Assembly: GCA_964577785.1 (NCBI GenBank)
Contig: CAZOAK010000001.1
Location: forward strand, 22,398 to 86,397
Direction of reading: 5' to 3'
Source of the DNA: an uncultured Candidatus Saccharibacteria bacterium
GTDB taxonomy: Bacteria > Patescibacteriota > Minisyncoccia > Phycocordibacterales > CAIRYW01
Length of the DNA: 64,000 bases
This document shows positions 60,030-64,000 of this stretch, piece after piece (position 1 is the stretch's first letter; each line of letters starts with the position of its first letter). Both the position numbers and the translations under genes were made by a program. A model generated the notes under the pieces. The model was not told the DNA's origin and did not search any database. It saw only the letters and a program-made list of their open reading frames with translations.

Positions 60030-60905
60030 TCATTTTTCACTATAATAATCGATTAGAGCTTTAACACCAGCTAAATTTTTATCGAACTCTACAGTCTCAT
60101 GTGTCTTAAGCTCTACTGAAATAGAAGGAATATTCAAAGTTGCAAGCCAGTCACCCGCATCACCAGTAATTTCATAACTATCAAATGATTTCACAGGTGG
60201 GTAACCAGATGCTTTTGAATAAGCGTTCATTATGGCGGTAGTTTCTGGAAGGATTCCATTCTTACACGCAGACGCATATACAGCATTAGATTGACTATGC
60301 CAGAAAATAACAGCAATTGGATTATTTTTATCTACAAAATTTTTAATGGCCATTGCTTCCGGTTCAGAGAATACTGATGTTCCCGCACTCACCGTCTTTG
60401 ATCTCCATTTACTTTCTGGTTGCCATTTGCAATCAAAATTACGATTTATATCTACATTATTATTATTAAACCGACCTGAAGCTAAAATATTTTGATCTGT
60501 TGACACATCACTAATATTAAACCTGCCTTCTTTACCAACAACTTTATATAACCCATCAGGGTTTAGAGACGGGATCACTGTTATAGCTATGTTTGGCGGA
60601 ATGACTGCTACATTTTTATCCAAATAATCCATAATCTGATACGCAAGAATGACACTGTTCCATTCATAGCCACCATGAATACCTCCAACAAATACTAAAT
60701 TATATTTACCCTTTCCATAGGTAAAGCTTTCAATTTTCCGTCCTTCTACTGATGTCCCTATAACTTTATAGATAAGCTTATCAACTTTAACTTCTTCTAC
60801 CAAAATTTCCTTCGGAACCTCTTTTTTATTGTTATAGAAATACACAAAACCAGCAATTGCTATTAAGATAATTGCTACAAAATATTTAGAACGAAAAAAT
60901 CTCAT
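60030..60905 (-). CDS. M14-family zinc carboxypeptidase-like protein (paralog A)
   Basis: N-terminal anchor. 'VGGIHGGYEWNS' and 'VDINRNFDCKW' motifs. Confidence 0.65.
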   Translation of the reverse strand: MRFFRSKYFVAIILIAIAGFVYFYNNKKEVPKEILVEEVKVDKLIYKVIGTSVEGRKIESFTYGKGKYNLVFVGGIHGGYEWNSVILAYQIMDYLDKNVAVIPPNIAITVIPSLNPDGLYKVVGKEGRFNISDVSTDQNILASGRFNNNNVDINRNFDCKWQPESKWRSKTVSAGTSVFSEPEAMAIKNFVDKNNPIAVIFWHSQSNAVYASACKNGILPETTAIMNAYSKASGYPPVKSFDSYEITGDAGDWLATLNIPSISVELKTHETVEFDKNLAGVKALIDYYSEK

Positions 60906-61801
60906 TACTTAGTGTAGTATTTTAGAATCGCTTCTATACCTGCCTTATTCTTGGACCATTCAACGTCTGTATGATTTGTAAGTAGAACACTTATCGCTGG
61001 AATATTATTTTTTGCAAACCAATTCACCATGTCTCCAGTTAGTTCGTAGTAATCGAAATCTTCATATGCTTTATATCCTGAAGCTTTCGCAAATGCTTTT
61101 GTAAGTAGAGATGTATCTGTTGACACACCATTATGGCAGTTTGAAGCATACACACCACCCGCCGCACTATACCAAGCAATAACTGCTGTCGGCTTATTTT
61201 TTTCCACATAATTTTTAAGTGCCAAACTTTCTGGCTCAGAGAAAGCACTGTCACCTCCACTAACTGTTTTGTTCTGCCATTTGCCCGAAGCTTGCCAATC
61301 ACAATCAAAGTTTCTGTTTATGTCCACATCATCTGCATTAAATCTTCCTGAAACAACCACCTTCTGATCCTCCGAAACATCTGATGCTTCAAATTTACCT
61401 GAAGTTCCCACAACCTTGTTTAGACCATCTGGATTTAACACAGGAATAACTGTTACTTTTATATTTTCAGGAACTATACTAGGATTCTTTTTTAGATAAT
61501 CCATAAGCTCAAATGCTACCAATGATGTATTCCAAGAATATCCACCATGAATACCTCCAACAAAAAGTATTTCTTTCTCACCTGTTCCAAATCGATATGC
61601 AGTGATATCTCTACTTTCGATAGATTTACCAATCACCACTTCTGGAGCATTTGTATCATCTACTTTTACCTCCTCTGTCTTTGGAGTGGTGTCAGTAGTT
61701 GGAGCAACCACAACTTCATTATTTGAATAATTTTTAGTAATAAAATAAACGCCAAAACCTGCAATAACCAAAACGATAATTACTATTATTGATTTTTTCA
61801 T
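60905..61801 (-). CDS. M14-family zinc carboxypeptidase-like protein (paralog B, tandem)
   Basis: 'VGGIHGGYSWNTS' and 'VDINRNFDCDW'. About 55% identical to paralog A; the stop and start overlap. Confidence 0.65.
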   Translation of the reverse strand: MKKSIIVIIVLVIAGFGVYFITKNYSNNEVVVAPTTDTTPKTEEVKVDDTNAPEVVIGKSIESRDITAYRFGTGEKEILFVGGIHGGYSWNTSLVAFELMDYLKKNPSIVPENIKVTVIPVLNPDGLNKVVGTSGKFEASDVSEDQKVVVSGRFNADDVDINRNFDCDWQASGKWQNKTVSGGDSAFSEPESLALKNYVEKNKPTAVIAWYSAAGGVYASNCHNGVSTDTSLLTKAFAKASGYKAYEDFDYYELTGDMVNWFAKNNIPAISVLLTNHTDVEWSKNKAGIEAILKYYTK

Positions 61802-61869
61802 ATAGTGTTAATTATAGCACGCTATTCAAAACGAGTTTTCCACCCTGAAAAGGGTTATTTTGTATGCTG

Positions 61870-62205
61870 TTAAAACAATCTTCCACCAATTACAGGGTCT
61901 GCTTTGTCTGGAGTAATGAGAATAACTTTACCATCCGCATCAGGCACACCAAGTGTCAAAACCTCAGATTCGAACGGACCGATTTTTCGGGGTGGAAAAT
62001 TAACAACTCCCAAAACCAGTTTTCCAATCAATTCTTCTTTTGTGTATAAAGCCACAATTTGAACAGAAGAATTCTTGATACCAATTTCAGGACCAAAATC
62101 AATCTTCAATTTGTATGCAGGTTTACGAGCTTCTGGGAAATCATTAATTTCAATTATTTTTCCTACTCTAATATCTAATTTTTGAAAGTCTTCTATGGTT
62201 GTCAT
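61870..62205 (-). CDS. tRNA-binding-domain protein (CsaA/Trbp111-like)
   Basis: 'DIRVGKIIEINDFPEARKPAYKLKIDFG'. Confidence 0.8.
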   Translation of the reverse strand: MTTIEDFQKLDIRVGKIIEINDFPEARKPAYKLKIDFGPEIGIKNSSVQIVALYTKEELIGKLVLGVVNFPPRKIGPFESEVLTLGVPDADGKVILITPDKADPVIGGRLF

Positions 62206-62286
62206 GAATTAATTATAACAAATTGGCCCATTCTTCCCAATACCTTGCTTTTATCAAACCCTTTGCTAATGTAATCTCGACCCGAA

Positions 62287-62865
62287 TTGTACATGAAAAA
62301 CCGCATTTTCGATCTGTTCTTTTCAATTTCCTTGCTTTTGGTCACTTCCCCCATCCTTCTCTTTATTGCCACCATCCTCAAACTGACTTCTCACAGATCG
62401 GTGATTTTCCGACAACAAAGACTCGGGCTTAACAAAGTTCCGTTTGTCATTTACAAGTTTCGCACTCTTGTAGATGTGTCAGAATTTTCTGAAGACGCTA
62501 TAAAAACAAATGAGGATCCCAGGATAACAAGGTTTGGGAGACTCCTGCGTCAAACTCATCTTGATGAACTTCCACAACTATGGAATGTAATCAGAGGTGA
62601 TATGCGTCTGGTTGGTCCGCGTCCACTCCAAAATATTCTAGTGGGTAAACGGACACTGACTCTGCCCTGTTACGACAATAGGTTTAGAGTTAAACCAGGA
62701 TTAACAGGACTAGTACAGATTAAAGGAAGAATTAAGGAATACTCTATGGGGCCATCCAAAAGCCTGCGACTGGAGATGTTTTACATCCAAAAGCAAAACA
62801 TTTTGTTTGATCTTAGTATCCTACTCCACACAATGCTTGTAGTGTTGAGGAGAAAAGGAATCTAA
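62287..62865 (+). CDS. Bacterial sugar transferase (small PglC/WbaP-type phosphoglycosyl transferase)
   Basis: N-terminal re-entrant helix. 'RFGRLLRQTHLDELPQLWNVIRGDMRLVGPRP'. Confidence 0.85.
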   Translation: MYMKNRIFDLFFSISLLLVTSPILLFIATILKLTSHRSVIFRQQRLGLNKVPFVIYKFRTLVDVSEFSEDAIKTNEDPRITRFGRLLRQTHLDELPQLWNVIRGDMRLVGPRPLQNILVGKRTLTLPCYDNRFRVKPGLTGLVQIKGRIKEYSMGPSKSLRLEMFYIQKQNILFDLSILLHTMLVVLRRKGI

Positions 62866-62911
62866 GAACCAAACATTGCAACCAACACCTGAGACGAAAG
62901 TCTCAGGTTTT

Positions 62912-63463
62912 TTAATTTCTAGCTTTGACTATTAAATCAGCACGTTTCCAAGGTTCTGTTTTTGCATACTCTTGTTCTTCTTTTATCCAAATTTGTTCCC
63001 ACTTTTCATCATTATCGACTTTGTATTCATTTTTATCTCTATTCATACCACGTTTCGAAGCTATTTCATGTGGACAATCTATCCAAATACGAAAATCATA
63101 GTATGGATTAAAATCTTCACCGAGCATGGACACTCCCTCGATTATAATTAGTCCTTCTGGCTTAACCACTTTCCAATCAGTGAGTTTCTGCTCTGACCAA
63201 TCAAATTTTTGATAATTAGCTTCTTTGCTATTTGAAAGTGGAATAAGTACTTGTTCAAGAAATCTTTTTCTATCTGCTCCATTATTAGTAGAAGTTGCGA
63301 AATCATCAAGAGTAATAATTTCTGAACCTGGAAATTCACTTTGAATTTCTTTTGCAAGTGTACTTTTCCCAGATCCTCCATAACCATCTATTGCAAGTAG
63401 GACTAATGACTTTTGTGCAAGTAGTTCAGTGATATTTTCTTTTATGATTTGTAATTCACTCAT
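62912..63463 (-). CDS. P-loop nucleoside/nucleotide-kinase-like protein
   Basis: Walker A 'GYGGSGKST'. Confidence 0.55.
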   Translation of the reverse strand: MSELQIIKENITELLAQKSLVLLAIDGYGGSGKSTLAKEIQSEFPGSEIITLDDFATSTNNGADRKRFLEQVLIPLSNSKEANYQKFDWSEQKLTDWKVVKPEGLIIIEGVSMLGEDFNPYYDFRIWIDCPHEIASKRGMNRDKNEYKVDNDEKWEQIWIKEEQEYAKTEPWKRADLIVKARN

Positions 63464-63993
63464 TCTTGTATGATTTTTAAGATGGCTTCTGCAACTTCCT
63501 TAGAGTCTGGATTAGCATCAATAGGAATCATTCCAGATTTTATCATTCTCTCTTCAAACTCGTCCTTCCAACTCAAAACTCTTTCACGCCCCGCTTTTGT
63601 ATTTGCGAAATCATCTGTACCTTCTCGAGTTTTTAATCTTTTATCAAGTATATCTGGAGTTGTACGTAGGAGAATGGATGTATCAAAAAATGACATCACT
63701 TCTGCATTATTACTTGCAATACCACAATAAAAAACTATGTCTTCAGTTTGTTTATCCAAAAATTCTTTTAATTTATCAATGTCGCAAACCCAGCGAGAAT
63801 TATTTACTTTGTCCAGATCAGAATTATCATAATCCACATAGCGTTCTCCTGTATCCTTTCTAATCATCATAAATAATCCATAACTATCGTCTTCAATATC
63901 GTATGCTTTATATCCTAATTCATTCAGTGCCTTACTCATTATCGTTTTACCAGAACCAGCAACCCCTGTAATAAATATCTTTTCCATAAACAA
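63460..63993 (-). CDS. P-loop kinase / AAA-like ATPase
   Basis: Walker A 'GVAGSGKT'. 4-nt overlap with the downstream gene. Confidence 0.55.
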   Translation of the reverse strand: MFMEKIFITGVAGSGKTIMSKALNELGYKAYDIEDDSYGLFMMIRKDTGERYVDYDNSDLDKVNNSRWVCDIDKLKEFLDKQTEDIVFYCGIASNNAEVMSFFDTSILLRTTPDILDKRLKTREGTDDFANTKAGRERVLSWKDEFEERMIKSGMIPIDANPDSKEVAEAILKIIQE

Positions 63994-64000
63994 AATTGTA

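Overview
This is about 64 kb of compact, low-GC bacterial chromosome (roughly 35% GC by eye) with mostly short intergenic gaps.

The gene content is a mix of housekeeping functions (P-II, EngB, ribosomal proteins L27, L9 and L21, CysRS, RecR, DnaB, UvrA/UvrB/UvrC, Tgt, GDH, FKBP and cyclophilin PPIases, CtpA, an ABC-F ATPase) and envelope proteins. The many small secreted or membrane proteins of unknown function are compatible with a small-genome Gram-positive-like or Patescibacteria (CPR)-type lineage, but this is an inference.

I found no rRNA, tRNA, CRISPR array, transposase or integrase. The genetic code looks standard: TAA, TAG and TGA all appear as stops.

The main observations are:
1. 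Two adjacent paralogous cell-surface proteins of about 800 aa with an unusual N-ectodomain / transmembrane hairpin / poly-Gly / Cys-rich C-domain architecture.
2. A short GC-rich sequence family inserted in frame into unrelated genes (cysS and an Ada-Zn-like gene), reminiscent of Rickettsia palindromic elements.
3. A four-helix-bundle ('23S rRNA intervening-sequence protein') gene precisely flanked by inverted copies of a 33-nt element, with a third solo copy elsewhere.
4. At least three families of perfectly repeated palindromic terminator elements.
5. A compact SOS module: a TTGCAT-N17-TATAAT promoter with a Cheo-type LexA box in its spacer, lexA, a Y-family polymerase, and a divergent small basic protein.
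6. A duplicated copy of the uvrB 5' end that forms a pseudo-start upstream of uvrB.
7. A polytopic-membrane/GH24 lysozyme fusion.
8. Several unusually long GC-rich intergenic regions that may encode structured RNAs.

Which of these, if any, is the 'undescribed system' cannot be decided from sequence alone. The giant surface-protein pair, the in-frame GC-rich inserts and the IVS-like cassette are my top candidates.
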